DNA of 64,000 nucleotides from Camelus dromedarius (GCF_036321535.1 NC_087437.1:30444001-30508000), one strand, 5' to 3'; shown: positions 1 through 13,680, counted from the first letter of the stretch. The notes: generated from the letters alone by a model not told the origin. Numbers and translations are program-made.

Positions 1-562
1 TACTATACATTTTAATTTTCTTTTATTTACTCCAAGCTTCTTACATATATATATATGTAATTCCAACCGCCATCAGAATTAAGTCACTATTTACACATTC
101 TTTTCTTGAGAGTAAGTAGATTGTTTTTTTTTTTTTTTTTTGGTTTATTGACTGCAGTGTTAACCAAAGGTTGTAGCAGGTATGTGCTGTTTTATCAGAC
201 AATATTCTTTTAAATATGTATTTCAATGAATTTGAGCAGGAAGGAGTGAACTCCCCATTTGTTCACAAGGTTGTCACTATTTACTGTTTTCTTACGTTGG
301 TTTTCCATCACTCTCCTCTGCTACCTTGCTGTCCCCAAAGACATGTGAATTATGGGACCTGTGAATTATCGATGTGTGTATTAACACAGAATTCACCACA
401 ACTAAATTAGTGTCAGATTGAGAAAGAGCAAAAAACCATTTTGTAATCTTTAACTTAAAAAGAAATTCATGGATTTCAAAGAAACAGACTGTGTCAAGAT
501 TTTTATTGATACATGACCAAGCTGAGATGCTATTTTAGGAACGTTAGAGAGATGACTTGGAG

Positions 563-748
563 AGAGTGGTTCTTAAACAATCATGCTCAGACTTATCTGG
601 AAAACTTGCAGAAATACCGATTGCTGGGCCCTACATCTAAAGTTCCTGAATTCAGTGACCCTGCAGTCCAGCCAAATATTTGCCTTTCTAACAGGTTCCC
701 AGATAATGCCGATACTACTTGTTCAAGGGGCCAGATTTTGAGAACTAC
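563..748. mobile_element. MER5A-like hAT-Charlie DNA transposon fossil
   Basis: Ends agtggttcttaaac ... tttgagaactact; internal gattgctgggcccta and ttctaacaggttcccagataatgccgat resemble MER5A. Confidence 0.75.
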
Positions 749-2282
749 TCAAGTAAGAAATACCCAGAAACATGAAATTGTCTTAAGCAGAAGGATACCT
801 CTTTGTCAGATTTCTCTTTCAGGACACACACACAGCTACAGAGACTATTTTCTTTACTAAATGATTAAAATTCCTTTAGATAGTCTAGTGAGAGCAATGA
901 TGATAGCAGTAAATTACTGGAAAGGATATAAGATTTAGAAGGGTTAGAAAGAGGGTTTGAGGGGCAGGCTTTATGAATACAGAGCACACTGACTGGAGAG
1001 AAACCAGTCTCTACCCAGTCAACCCCAAACGACAATATAGCTCTGGATACTTATTTGCAAAGATGATTCCTATTACACAGATCCCTGATCTGACTGTGAA
1101 ACATTTTTATCAACTTGCTAGGGAAAAAAACCCAAATCTCTGTTACTCTTTCAATTAACTACAACGCGATTTATAACTACTGAGCCTTTATGTTTGCATC
1201 ATTCTTCAAGTCCTTCTATAGGCTGTCACCAACTCATACACCATCCATCCCAAGGACAGAGGAACTCCACCAGTTATTCCAGGATTTTTCCTTTACTGTT
1301 TCTTAGACTAAGACAATTAATCTGAAGGGCACTAATGCTTTCACTATCTATCTGGGCTATGTCCTCCCCATAAAAGAAATTCCAGTTGATCACTGCTAAG
1401 TAAAATTCTCAGGCAATGAGTTTCAAATGCTTCTCAGTAACTAAACTTCTTAATGTGGTATCAAAGAAAATTCGGATATAGTTTGAAAATGTAACAGGGA
1501 GCTCTGCCCTACACTTGACCCCGGGTCTGCTTTCCTCCAGATGATGCATCACAAAACCTTGCTGTCTGCTTTGATGCCACTTTGTTCCTATTACCTGACA
1601 TGTTTACACACCGTGTCACTTTTCTTCTCAGTTTTCCTTGACACTAACTGTGGCCGTAAAGTTACAAAAATTAATAAGTTGCTGCTGCTGTTATGGCTTT
1701 TAAACCTCTGTGGAATCCTGGATTAGTCACCACTGAAATGCCCACTGGATTATTTTTTCTCTTTTCTCTAAAGTGGATTTATGTAGATCTAGACCCTTAA
1801 GGACATCTTCTGTAGGATTACTTCTGTGGGTATTTTTGCATCATTTCTAAGTCCTAGGACAGTGAAGCAAAGTCTCTAAACTTGAAAGTTTTAAAGTCAT
1901 CAGTTTCTAGAGGCAGGTACCAGGCCACCCGCAGTGAGACTTTCAGAGCTCCCACATCGTTGTCACTGAATGCTGCCTCCAATGGATATGCTATCAACAA
2001 CGATAAGAAAGTGCATACATCAGCCTCAGCCTTAGAAGAAAAAGAAAAGGGAGGAAGGAGAGGGAAGAGAAGACTGCTGAGTATCTCACACCAACCAGAG
2101 CTGTTCAGAGTGCTTTAACTACATGAAGGTATACTTGAATGGGATATAAAAAATAAGCAACAGATACATGGAACAGCATAAGTAAGATCTAAATCACTTA
2201 CTGTAATGGTACAATGCTCTCTTCACCTCTGCCAGGCTTAAATACAGACTTGAGACAGCATTTCTATAGCAGAAACAATATA

Positions 2283-2660
2283 TAGCATAACATGGTTATC
2301 TCCAGGCTCCAAAGGAGACTCCCTGGGTTCAAGTTCTGATAATGACAAACTGTGACTAGAGCTTGTTGCTTAACCTCTCTGAACCTGTTTCTTCATCTTT
2401 AAATGGACATAATAATCACACCTAGTTAAGAAGGCTGTCATAAAGATTAAATAGGCCAACATATCCCAAAAGCTCAGAACAGTACCTGGCACGTGATTCA
2501 GAGCCTTTGGGCAAGAATTCAAATTCTGCTGAGCTGGTGACCAGCTTGAGACTTTGGGCAAGTCCACCTTCATATGTCTCATTACGCACATCTACATATA
2601 CCGACTTTTCATGAGAATCAAGTGAAATAATACATAGGAAAGCATTTTTACAATTATAAC
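2283..2660 (+). mobile_element. MIR SINE fragments (two adjacent)
   Basis: MIR core ctgggttcaagt...cttaacctctctgaacctgtttcttcatctttaaatgg and tail agaacagtacctggcacgtg. Confidence 0.75.
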
Positions 2661-2846
2661 ATGCAAACTATTTTGTAAGTGCATTGAAATGATTTTGGAT
2701 TGATAACCCACTAAATTGCTAATAGTGGTTACCTCTGAAGAAGTGAGTAGAATTGAAGATAGATAGGTGAAGGGAATCTAAGCTTTTTACTTTCTTCTGT
2801 ATTGCTTGAAATGTTTAGTGAGTAGAGGTCATTTATTGCATAGGTA

Positions 2847-2935
2847 TTTTTTTTTAATGGAGGTACTGGGAATTGAAGCCAGGAGCTCGTGCATGCTAAG
2901 CACACACTCTTACCGCTGAGTTATACCCACCTCCT
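2847..2935 (-). mobile_element. tRNA-derived SINE (camelid type)
   Basis: Poly-T followed by aatggaggtactgggaattgaagccagg...ctgagttatacccacc, the reverse complement of a tRNA-like head with A and B boxes. Confidence 0.85.
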
Positions 2936-5228
2936 GGCATGTGTATCTTTTAATGATAGTCTTCCTCGCATGTTATTGTTATAGGTGAGAACTATGCAAG
3001 CATCTAGAAACCCTTGACATCTAGGGATTAGTTTTACTTCCAAGCAGCTGTGTGAGTAACTCTGTACAGCACTCACAACATGAATAACCTCAACTCACTT
3101 TCCATACTGCAGATATAAGGGTTTAAAGTTCTATGCCCCTTTGTTCCTTGGAGGAGACTGAGGTTGCGCCAAAATTTAAAAGCTGGAAGGAAGCAGTTGT
3201 ATAAATGTAGGTGTTGGGAAAGAGGGTGGAATATGTTAGGGCCAATAGTGGTTCTTTTCCGGAACAAGATGTGCAAAACTGGCTTAGAGCTAGAAACAAA
3301 AGCAGGCAGCCCAGATAGAGCTGGTTAAGAAACTTAAGTCCTAGGGTGCAAGATCCCTTACATCACGTGTGTGTGTGAAGGTCTGGGTGGTCAGAGAAGC
3401 TCTTACTGAGACAGTAATTGTCTAAAAACACCAAATTCTAAGTAGTGCTCTTCAAACTGTTGATTAAGCCACCAATTTTGAAATCAGCTTGGTGGGATGA
3501 GAATTGTATTTTGCTTCAAATATCACTGAGTCCACTTACTTGTATCAGAGGATGAGGCTGAGAATCCAGATATGCTACTTGAGTGGCAGTAAGAGCCAAA
3601 CAGTTCTCGGCATGTTTAGCATTCTGATGGGGCCAATACACTAAAGGCTTCTTGCCTAAACTAGAGAAGCCCCCTGAAAGAACTCGTCTTTGTCAGAGAA
3701 GGAGCCAGGCTTGAGGAACTTGACGCAGGGATTGTGAATTTGGTGTCGCAGGGGCCACTTGAGTCTGCCTGTCCCTCTCCTGCATGTAGCTCTGGATTCT
3801 GGGAAGAGAGAGGGAAGGTGGAGGCTAAAAATTGAAAGAACTGTTTAAGCTCCAGGGCACACATGGCATAGGCATCACTGGTTTGGAACTCCACCAACAG
3901 CAACTTGAGCATAGACACCACACAAGTCCAACAAGGGCTGTGATGGGAGAGACAGGGAGAGGTGGGAAGCCATCCAAACTGAGGTGTCCTGCACAGGAGA
4001 GGCGGTGACTAGAAGGAGCAGACATCTCAATGCCCACATCGAGACCCTCCTGGGTTCCTCAACAGGAGGGAGGCAAGAACCAGGGAAGTCTGAACTACTG
4101 GTATTAAAGGCGATCCCATTACCTCTGCAGGCTACTGAAACCAGAAAAGAAGTGTTGGTTACATACATTATTACAGGAAAAGTGAGAGAATAGGAAGTAA
4201 AATGACAAGAGCAGAAAGGAAAAAACAAAATGGGATGAGTCTGGCCACATGCTTGAAGAGTCAGTCGGACTCTGACTCTAAAGCAAGCTGTCCATCTATT
4301 GTCGACAGGCTCGAAAGCAAGTTTCTACCTTTAACCAAGACAAATGAGGAATATGCCCCCTGTCTACAATGTGCTGATGAGGTGACCATGTTTATTAGGC
4401 TAAGGGATTGCATTTTCTAAATCAAACTGCATCTTATCCTGAGCATACCTTCACGTGATACAGATGAGAGAAAACGTGGCTATGAGCACATCAATATGCG
4501 AACCTCTAAAAAGCCTATCTCCATTTACTCTTCACTGCTGGACGAATTTTACAGAATGAGTAACCTCTAACAACTCAAAATGGTTTCTCCATGACCCCGT
4601 TTTATTCAGCTTTAAGATTCCAATCAAAACCCTAGTTCCATTAATATTCATAGGCGTAAGCTCCAAAAAGAACTTTGACAGATACATATTTGTGTCATTT
4701 GGAATTTTGAATTTATAAGGGCATGTATGCCCAGCCCAAGAAAATGACTGAAAACGCACTTAAATCTAGGATAATGACCAAAGTCCTAAACTCTGGACTA
4801 CTCCTGACCTGAAAAAAAAAAAAAGAAAAAAACCATAGCTTTGGGCCCACTTATGATTCAGATGATTTATAAGAAATTGCATACCCGTCTCACTTTTGCA
4901 AACCAAGAAATCACTTTCAAAAGAGTGGAATGAAAGTAAAACATTCGTCCATCTCATTCTCTGGGAAATTACCAACTCAGAATAGTATTCTTCTGTCCTT
5001 GGTGTTCTTTCCTTTCCACTAATGGAATCTTAGGCTAATGTATATTTATATCTTAAGCAGAACTCCTGCCTGTCCAAAAAAAGGAAAGAATGAAAAAGGG
5101 GGAGGCAGTGTCTGAGAAACTGCAATAAGCAAACATAAGGGCTAATAAGTAAATTAAATAATGAAATAGGAAATGTCCTAAAAGAATAACAGAAGTTAAG
5201 ATTTATTATAAGATCTCTAGATGAATAT

Positions 5229-6750
5229 TGTAGTCATCCCTGAGTATCTGCAGGGGTTGGGTTCGAGGACCCCCATGGATATAAATATCCACAAATGCTC
5301 AAGTCCCTTATATGGCATTGTATTTGGGTTTTTTTTTTCTTTTTTAAAATTGAAGTACAGTTACAATGTGTCAGTTTCCAGTGTACAGCACAACGTCCCA
5401 GCCATGCATATACTTACACATATTTGTTTTCATATTATTAAAGGTTATTACAAGATATTGAATATAGTTCCCTGTGCTATACAGAAATTTTTTTAATCTA
5501 TTTTTAAATACAGTGGCTAACATTTGTAAATCTCAAACTCCCAAATTTATCCCTCCCACTGCCTTTCCCCAGTAACCATAAGAAAGTTTACTATGTCTGC
5601 AAGTCTGTTTCTATTTTGTAGATGAGGTCACTAGTGTCCTCTTTTTTTAGATTCCACATATGAATGATATCATGTGGTATTTTCTTTCTCTTTCTGACTC
5701 ATTTCATTTAGAATGACACTCTCCAGGTCCATCCATGTTGCTGCAAATAGCATTATTTTACTCTTTTATGGCTGAGTAGGATTCCATTGTATAAATACAC
5801 CACAGCTTCTTTATCCAGTCATCTGTCAATGGACATTTAGGTTGTTTCTATGTCTTGACTATTGCACATAGTGCTGCTATGAACATCTGGGTGCAGGTCT
5901 TTTCAACTTAAGAGTTTCCTCTGGATACATGCCCAGGAGTGGGATTGCTGGATCATATGGTAAGTCTATTTTTAGTTTTTTGAGGACTCTCCATACTGTT
6001 TTTCATAGGGGCTGCACCAAACTACATTCCCACCAACAGTGTAGGAGGGTTCCCTTTTCTCCACACCCTCTTCAGTATTTGTCATGGACTATTGATTAAG
6101 TGATACCTCACTGTAGTTTTGATTTTCATTTCTCTGATAATTAGCAATAATGAGCATTTTTTCATGTGCCTATTAGCCATTTGTATGTCTTCCTTAGAGA
6201 ATTACTTGTTTAGGTCTTCTGCCCATTTTTGGATCAGGTTGTTTTTTTGTTAGGTTGTATGAAGCTGTTTATATATTCTGGAAATTAAGCCTTTGTCAGT
6301 AGAATCATTTGCAAATATTTTCTTCCTTTCTGTAGGTTGTCATTTTCATTGTTTTGCTTATGGTTTCCTTTCTTGTGCAAAAGCTTATCAATTAGGTCTC
6401 ATTTGTTTATTTTTTCATCTTATTTCTATTGCCTGGGTAGACTGCCCTAGAACATTACTAAGATTTATGTCACACAATGTTTTGCCTAAGATTTATTGTG
6501 TCTTATATTTCTTTAAGCCATAAAATAGTATTTGCATATAACCTATGGATATCATCCTGTATACTTTAAATCACCTCTAGACTACTTATAATACTCAATA
6601 CAAAGTAAATGCCATGTAAACAGGTGCTGGTGTGCAGCAAATTCAATTTTTGCTTTTTGGAAGTTTTTGAAATTATTTTTCCAAATACTTTATATTCCCA
6701 GTTTGTGGAATCCACGATGCAGAACCCGTGGGCACAGAGGGCTGGCTGTA
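5229..6750. mobile_element. MER2B-like Tigger-derived element split by an L1 insertion
   Basis: Left part tagtcatccctgagtatctgcagggg...gctcaagtcccttat resumes at about 6525 (gtatttgcatataaccta...) and ends gagggctggctgta. Confidence 0.75.
5327..6515 (-). mobile_element. 5'-truncated cetartiodactyl L1 (ORF2 end + 3' UTR)
   Basis: Poly-T, gttccctgtgctatacag 3' UTR motif, tagattccacatatg, gggattgctggatcatatgg; stops in all frames. Confidence 0.9.
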
Positions 6751-8493
6751 CTTGAAAATGTTACATCAGGTTGTGTGCAAGGACCTCACTGCTAGCATTC
6801 TATTCTCCAGGGAATTTCCTCAGCTCTACCAGGCTTGCTGCCCATGAGGCATTTCTTTAGACATTTCAAACTCGTTGGAGTTTCTCTCTTTTCCCAGGCA
6901 CAGAGAATAATAAAAAGCTTTATTTAAGAGGTTTTTATATGTTCTATCCTAATACAGAGTATAGAGAAAGTCCTATTCTCAGCTCTGATATCAATACATG
7001 CCTTGTAGGGGGAGGGACCAATGATTATGTAAGGCCCACCACTTTGCAATCAGATAATTTTTAGAAACAATTAACTCATTATAATCTTCTCAAATAATTA
7101 TATCTTAGCACTTTGAAAGAATGTTAAGCCGAAGATGTTGGAAGTTTACAGCGTATAAGATTCTATGCCTTGTAAAGTCTGTACACCACCACCTACCTGC
7201 TCCTAGTGTTCACAGATCACTAGTTACTCCTTTGAGAATTCCATTCCAGCTTAAATTGTTCCAATGATATCTTTTAAGTTCAGGGTTAGAACATCAACAC
7301 TGTGCATTCAAGAATATTATAAGGGGAAAATAATTACCCATTTGATATAAATTTACCAGTTGTCTATTTTGTACTAGGTAAGTCAGAAAGATGAGAAATG
7401 GATTCACCCATAAAGGGCTTAAATTTAGCAGAGAAAATAAAACTCACATATACGAAAATATTAGTAGAAAAATATATATCACTGTACTTCATTTAATTAA
7501 ATATATAATGTAATATAAGCTAATAAAATAAAGTACTACATTTTTTTTGTTGCAGCAATAAACAGAAAAGTAGTTGGGACTCACCACTATAAGCTGTCAT
7601 TGATCAGGGTCTTAGTATCGAGGAGTATTGCCTACAAATCCCTAAACATAACTGGTGTGTTTCCAAGCTTCTGTGATAATTTAAACAAACCTGGGGAATC
7701 AATTTCCTAACAGGTCATCATTAGACCTTCAGAGCTGCTTGAAAATCTTTAACAAATGACTGAGTTGTTTCAGGTCAGGCAGGTTTAGAAAACCCTGCAG
7801 TCCTTGCAACAATCCCGTGAAAATATTTTTCCTCTTTCGGAGTTGAGAAAACTAAGGTTAGAGAGATTAAAACAATCTGACGTCCACAACTTCTGTTCTT
7901 TTCATGGCACTAAGCTTTCGTTGTTCTGAGAAAATGATCAGGTTGCTGGTGGAAGCGTGGTATTAAAATACTCAGAGACAATTCATTTCTGTTGCTGCTT
8001 AAAAACAACTTTACAGTCTGTTTTAAAGTGCTAAAGAGAAGCATATTGAGCCCTTGAATTAAGAAAGTCTTTGTCAGAGATAGAAAGCTAAGATTTCTGT
8101 GAACACTGAAGCTTTTTATGTTCCAGAGAAAAGTCAGGCACACATTTGAACAAGAAATGAGATATCCTCTAGCTTCAAAGAGCTAAAGAAAAGGACCAGC
8201 ACATGTGGAGAAAAATACTCCAGACTAAAGAAAAGAACATTGCTCAGACAGAGGTTGCCATAATCTTGTTTTCTAGCTCTGTCTGTGTGTATAAGAATGC
8301 AAGGAAGTTGACAGGTGGTGCAGGAATGGTGTCAGCAGAAAGAAATACAGGAAAATCTAGTCTAGCTAGGAAGAAAGCTAACATATGAGGTGATGTCCTG
8401 AATCCCGAATGAAACCAGAGCCAAGTTGTGAAGAAGACTAAAGACTTCAGAAAGTTGATGACAGCCCAGGGGCTAATTTACCTAGGATGTCTT

Positions 8494-8551
8494 CCCCCCC
8501 CCCCTTTTTAATGAAGTATAGTTGATTTACATTGTTGTAGTAGTTTCTGAG

Positions 8552-8583
<32 letters not shown>

Positions 8584-8947
8584 CCTATTTTTCATTACAG
8601 GTTACTACTATAAGCCACTGAATACAGTTTCCTGTGCTATACAGTAGGACCTTGTTTATCTAGTCTGTACACAGTAGTTTGTATCGGTCAATGCCAAACT
8701 CCCAGTGTATCCCTCCTCCTCTCCTTCTCCTGCTGGTAACCACAAGTTTGTTTTCTATGTTTGTAGGTCTCTTTATGTTCTGTAAATAAGTTTGGTTGTG
8801 TCATTCTTTTTAGATTCCACATATAAGTGATATATGATATTTGCCTTTGACTGACCTAATTCACTTAGATCATCTCTAAGGCCATCCATGTTGCTGCAAA
8901 TGACATTTCATTTTTATGGCTGAGTAGTATTCCACTGTATATATATA
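8494..8947 (-). mobile_element. L1 3' end with 12-bp TSD
   Basis: L1 3' UTR motifs, flanked by ctaggatgtctt (8482-8493) and ctagggtgtctt (8948-8959). Confidence 0.85.
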
Positions 8948-9216
8948 CTAGGGTGTCTTTAAATGGATTTCAAGACATCCATTGAAGTAGCATCTTGACA
9001 TAGCATCTACAATTTTGTTTGCATGTATGTATTCTGAGAAAGTCTACAGCTTTCATGGGTTTCTCATTAATGTCTATAGGCCAGAAAGAAGTCCAGTGAA
9101 TGAAAAGACCATATTTTTAGTAAATTCAAACAGAATGTGAAGAAGGAAAAAGGCAGATGGTCTTGAAGCCCTGACAAGCCTATATAAGCATCAGGCAAGT
9201 CAAGAGGATTCAAGTC

Positions 9217-9416
9217 AGGGGTATCCTGGTGAAATGTTTAAGACTGTCCAGTGGGAAGAAGCCGTGAGTTATAGCACTTTTTGATTTCTGTGATGTAAAT
9301 AATCCCAACATGGCCAATTTCAAGCTGCCAATGACACGCTGACTAACTTACAAAATTCCTGAAATTTTAACAGCTGTCTTTAACAAGACTACAGAAGCCA
9401 GCTCCAGTAGCTCTCT
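9217..9416. mobile_element. MER63-like hAT DNA transposon fossil
   Basis: gtgatgtaaataatcccaacatggccaatttcaagctgccaatg and terminal gccagctccagtagctctctg resemble MER63. Confidence 0.6.
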
Positions 9417-9697
9417 GATTCAAGGAGTTCATTTCTCTTAAGTTGGGAAAAAACTAAAATTAGGTCCACTTAATGAAAAGAGTTGAGCCTAATTTTATAT
9501 ACATTTTCTGTTAACATTTTATAAATATTGCTTTAAGTAGAATTTTTTAAAGAAGCTTTTTTGAGATGTTTAACCAAGCTTAAAAGAATCAATGAATAAA
9601 GCCAAAGCTTTCTCTAATTTTTTTGATAGGGAGAGTAATTTCTGTAGAAAAACTGAAAAGAAAAGGATGCTGTAGTTACAAGAAAAACTGGGTCCTT

Positions 9698-10053
9698 TCT
9701 TAGTTCACTTGGGCTGCTATTACAAAACAAGACTGACTAGGTAAGTAGCTTATAAACATTAAACATTTTTTGCTCACGGTTCTGGAGGCTGGAAGTCCAA
9801 GATCAGAGAGCCAGTATGGCCAGGTTCAAGTGAGGTCCTCTTCTAAGGCTGCAGACTTCTCACTGTCTCCTCACAAGGTGAAGGGGCTAGAGAGCTCTCT
9901 GGGTCCTCTTCTATTAAGGGCACTACTCCCATTCTTGAGGGCTCCAGCTCATGACCTAATCGCCTCCCAAATCCCACCCCCCAATATCATCTTTGGGAGT
10001 CAGGATTTCAACCTAGGAATCTGTGGGGAGACATAAACATTCAGACCCATAGC
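9698..10053 (-). mobile_element. MLT1A-like MaLR solo LTR
   Basis: gctcacggttctggaggctggaagtccaagatc...ctcatgacctaatc...acattcagacccatagca. Confidence 0.85.
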
Positions 10054-10062
10054 ACTTCTAGA

Positions 10063-11190
10063 GCAGTGGTTCTCAAACTATGGGTTCTGAGCCAGTAGCG
10101 TCAGCATTACCTGAAAACTGATTAGAAATGAAATTCTCAGGCCCCCACCCAGATCTCCTCAATCAGAAACTGACAGTGAGGCCCAGCAACACGTGTTTTA
10201 ACAAGTCCACCACCAACTTGCTATACTATTAGGCTTATCTGTTTTAATTTGTTTTAAACTTGGGAGATTTTTTTTTTTTTTGGTTTTTGAATTTATAAGA
10301 CATTTAATTGATTCCAAAATAAGGGAAACTCAGAGATATCTAGCCATTTGTGGCTCCTCTGTCCCAATATTTTAATATAAGCCATTTTGGTGCATATTGG
10401 TATATAGTCCTTCCTGTTTTATACAAAAAGGTAGCGTACGTTGTTCTGTACCTTGTTTTCTCACTTAACACTTTGCCCTGGAGATGACACCACAGCAGTA
10501 TGCAGAGAACCCCTTCACTCCTTTTTACAGCTGTTTAAGTGCCACATTATGTAGACAGACAACAGCTTATTCAGTTAGTCTTCTATTAATGGACATTTGG
10601 CTTTTCCCATGCTTTTGTTCTAATTATGCCATAATGAATAGACTTGTGCACATACCATTTTGCATTTTTACCAGTGTACCTGTGGAAATATCAATATTCT
10701 TGGAAGAAGGATAGGGTCAAAAGTTAATACATATGTAATTTTCATAGTTTGACTACCAAACACCCCTAAAAATGTTGTACTATTTTGAAGTTTTAAACAC
10801 AGTATAGGAGAGTGCTTACTTCTGCATAGCCTTACCAATATATTGATTGTCAAATATCTTCATTTTTCCCATCTGAAAGCTAAGCCATGGTTCTTCAGTG
10901 CAGTTTAACTGCAGTTCTTATTAAGGGCCCAGTTTACATTTACACTTGGTTTTAGAAGAACTCTCTCTTATCTCTAGCTCATTTTGTCTGTATTTTTTGA
11001 GAGGTGGCCAAAACAATTTAATGTAATTAATTTACCAGAATGTTTTCTATTGCTGATGCATTTTAAGTCACAGGAAAAATTTTCTACCCCCTAGGTTACA
11101 GAGAAATTCATCTATATTTTCTTACAGCTCTTATTTGTACCCAGAATCTTAAACATGTTTCTAAGATATTCTTATGCACACCAAAGTACC
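10063..11190. mobile_element. MER5A-like element with an old L1M fragment (about 10250-11130)
   Basis: cagtggttctcaaact...gaaattctcaggcccc...gttttaacaag, then degenerate minus-strand L1 motifs (atggacatttgg...cttgtgcacatacc). Confidence 0.6.
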
Positions 11191-11231
11191 AGTTTACAAA
11201 TCCAAGTTTATAAACTGATGTCAAACAGTGC

Positions 11232-11319
11232 AGTTATTTACATGAGAAACATTTAATAATTTGTTATTTTCATATTTTTCTTAATTCTTCAAAATGATGT
11301 CAATCTGAAGTCTTCCTGC
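11232..11319 (-). other. STRIT1: STRIT1 exon 3 (non-coding 3' UTR); 3' end approximate
   Basis: 99-nt intron 11418-11320 with branch-point-like TACTAAT (11345-11339) and acceptor TTTTATCATGCAG|G. ATTAAA lies 62 nt into the exon. Consistent with the known three-exon DWORF transcript. Confidence 0.8.
11252..11257 (-). terminator. Polyadenylation signal ATTAAA of STRIT1
   Basis: Plus-strand tttaat at 11252-11257 is ATTAAA on the minus strand, inside the predicted terminal exon. Confidence 0.7.
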
Positions 11320-11422
11320 CTGCATGATAAAATGTTCCATTAGTAAAAGAGAAAAGGTTATTTCTGGAGTAATGTACACTGTTTATGAGTAAACATATTC
11401 AATTATTGAAAACGTTACCTTT

Positions 11423-11517
11423 CTAAGAGAAGACAACATATACCATTACGATGCATCCCACAATCCAGCCAATCAAGAGAAGAATGGGGACCAGGAGGTG
11501 TGAGAATGTGGACTCTG
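11423..11517 (-). CDS. STRIT1: STRIT1/DWORF coding exon 2 (residues 5-35 plus TAG), transmembrane micropeptide
   Basis: Acceptor TGTTTATTTTTAAG|CAG|AG. Splicing to exon 1 gives 108 nt = [35 protein letters not shown]. Against human DWORF as recalled ([35 protein letters not shown]) it is 32/35 identical. Stop at 11425-11423; exon ends at 11419 with donor AAG|GTAACG. Confidence 0.97.
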
Positions 11518-11689
11518 CTTAAAAATAAACAGAACAGATTAGGTGGGTCATTTTGGTATTAAATCTTCTGAATCAAGGGGACAAGAGGAAATCTGGTATC
11601 ATACCAGGGGAAAAAAATGCACTCTCTCATTATACCCATAGATAATTATTACTTTCTTTCCTGCAAAAAGTACTCATAACTCAGCCTGG

Positions 11690-11880
11690 TATTTAGAATA
11701 GAAGACCTGTGTTCAAACTATAGGCCTTCCTTGTACAGTTATGTGACCTTGGGTAATTCTGAGCTTGAACTTCCCTATTTATAAAATACCGATAAAGAAA
11801 CTTGTGGTAAATACCTCCCAGAGGTGGGAGGATCAAATAACGTTGCCTATGTGCAAAGGCTTTGTGAACTCTGACTTTGC
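11690..11880 (+). mobile_element. MIR in STRIT1 intron 1
   Basis: tgtgaccttgggtaa...ttccctatttataaaat MIR core. Confidence 0.65.
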
Positions 11881-13214
11881 ATGTGGTGTACACAGAACAC
11901 ATTTATGCATTTGTTCAATAACACAGAGATGAGCTGTTTACATAAATACAATTGAAAATGACTCTGAGGTAATTCCTACTAAACTAAATAATCATAACAT
12001 AGGGAAAGGTGTTGAAAATCATTCTGAGCCTTGATAGCTGACTTTAATCTTAAGAATCATAGGGAAAGGAAGCATTATACCTTATACAATCGTTCTTGAC
12101 TAGAGAAAAGAGGTTCTACACCTTTTTAACTGGTTGAACCCACACTGCTCCAACACACACATAAAAGCCAATAGTATAATAATTCCTCCTGTGTTTCCTA
12201 TTTGCACCCCTACCTATAAAAAGCAATTTATAAAAGTATCTTTTAAAATATTCACGGCATCTCAATCTTGTTCTTTCAAACACACATATACCTCACAAAA
12301 AGATTCAAAACAGCACAGAAAGACGGAATTACTTTCTCTGGGTTAAAGATGCAGATACAGTCTTAATTGAAAAGCAGTTAGTTTATGCCATTAGCTAACA
12401 AAGACCATGTATATTATTAGCAATTATGTTCCTATTCCAATATCCATCACTTTACAATGTGAAGTTTTTTAATGCTATTAAAATAAAATCATCAATTAGA
12501 AGACACTCGTAACAGCAAACCTTCTGAAATTAAAATGAATTTTAATAGTTTAAATCTACATTTCCAAAAATGTCACGAGTCTCTCAACTTTCACGAAGTT
12601 CAAGGGCTTTCCTTGCTTCTCCATCTCACTGACTTTGAACAAAGCTTTAACCACTAAATGAAAATACCTTTCTCTTTTACCCACCAGTGGTATTGCTTTA
12701 AGGATAAAGCGAACTTCTGATACGATCTTTACCCCCGTTTGGATGAAAGCCTTTTTATGAATTAAGGTGCCATTACGGTGGAAGTATGGAGTAATTTTCT
12801 GAACTGTTCCTAGATTGATTTAAGTTCTTTGAAATAGGGAAAAATACTAAAAGTCAATACTGATATTTTAAGAATTTATATTTTATACAAGTGTATTTTA
12901 ATATAGTTCTAAAATTTACATCCAGTAAAGTGCTAAAAGTAATATGTATCTTATTACTTATTCCTGGTAAAATATAATTGACTGCATTTAAATACTCAAA
13001 GTATGCTTGCATTTGTGTTCTGTTAACACTAATATTTTAAGTTTTATTATAATCTGTAGCATTGTTTTGAAATAGGAATATATAGGAACACAACAGACTC
13101 TATACGTCACTTACATTAATAGCACAAATCAGTACAAAACCTCTTTTTAAGTATGAAGAGTAATTTCAAAATGCTTCTCTCCGTCTACTCCTGAGCCTGC
13201 CCAAGCAGTTACAC

Positions 13215-13680
13215 CTGCAAGTATTCTTAAGGGCACTGTGCTCTGGAAGAAGACTCTCTGGGTTCAAAAACCTGGTGCCACCACTCTCTCGTACGTGATC
13301 ACAAGCAAGTTTTTAAACTGCTGTGCCTCAGTTTCCTTATCTGTAAAATGCGAATGATGATAATACTTCATATCTCATGAGGTTGTCAGGATTAAAAGCA
13401 TCAATTCCTGTAGGCATTTAAAAACTTTCTTGGACACAGTGTATATATTCAGCCCCCTTTTATCCTAGTAGAGTCAATCATTTTTCCTAAATATAAAAAA
13501 TACTTAAAAACCAGAAAAAAAGAAATTCAGATGTGAAGCATCTAAGAGATGCCTATTTTACTTATGTTTGAGAATCAGAAAATAGACCAAGAGGTAGAGG
13601 GACTGCCTCAAACTCACAAGGCCAGTTAGCTGAGATCTGACACAGAATTCAAATGTCCTGAATTCTGGGCCAGCGCACCA
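13215..13680. mobile_element. Two MIR fragments in STRIT1 intron 1, opposite orientations
   Basis: ctgtgcctcagtttccttatctgtaaaatg (13321-13350), and an antisense MIR at about 13540-13680. Confidence 0.65.

Noticed and set aside
12668..12826. Possible cassette exon in STRIT1 intron 1 (donor AAG|GTATTT)
   Set aside because: The acceptors are weak. Inclusion gives an early stop (from 12826) or a frameshift (142 nt from 12809). No supporting evidence.
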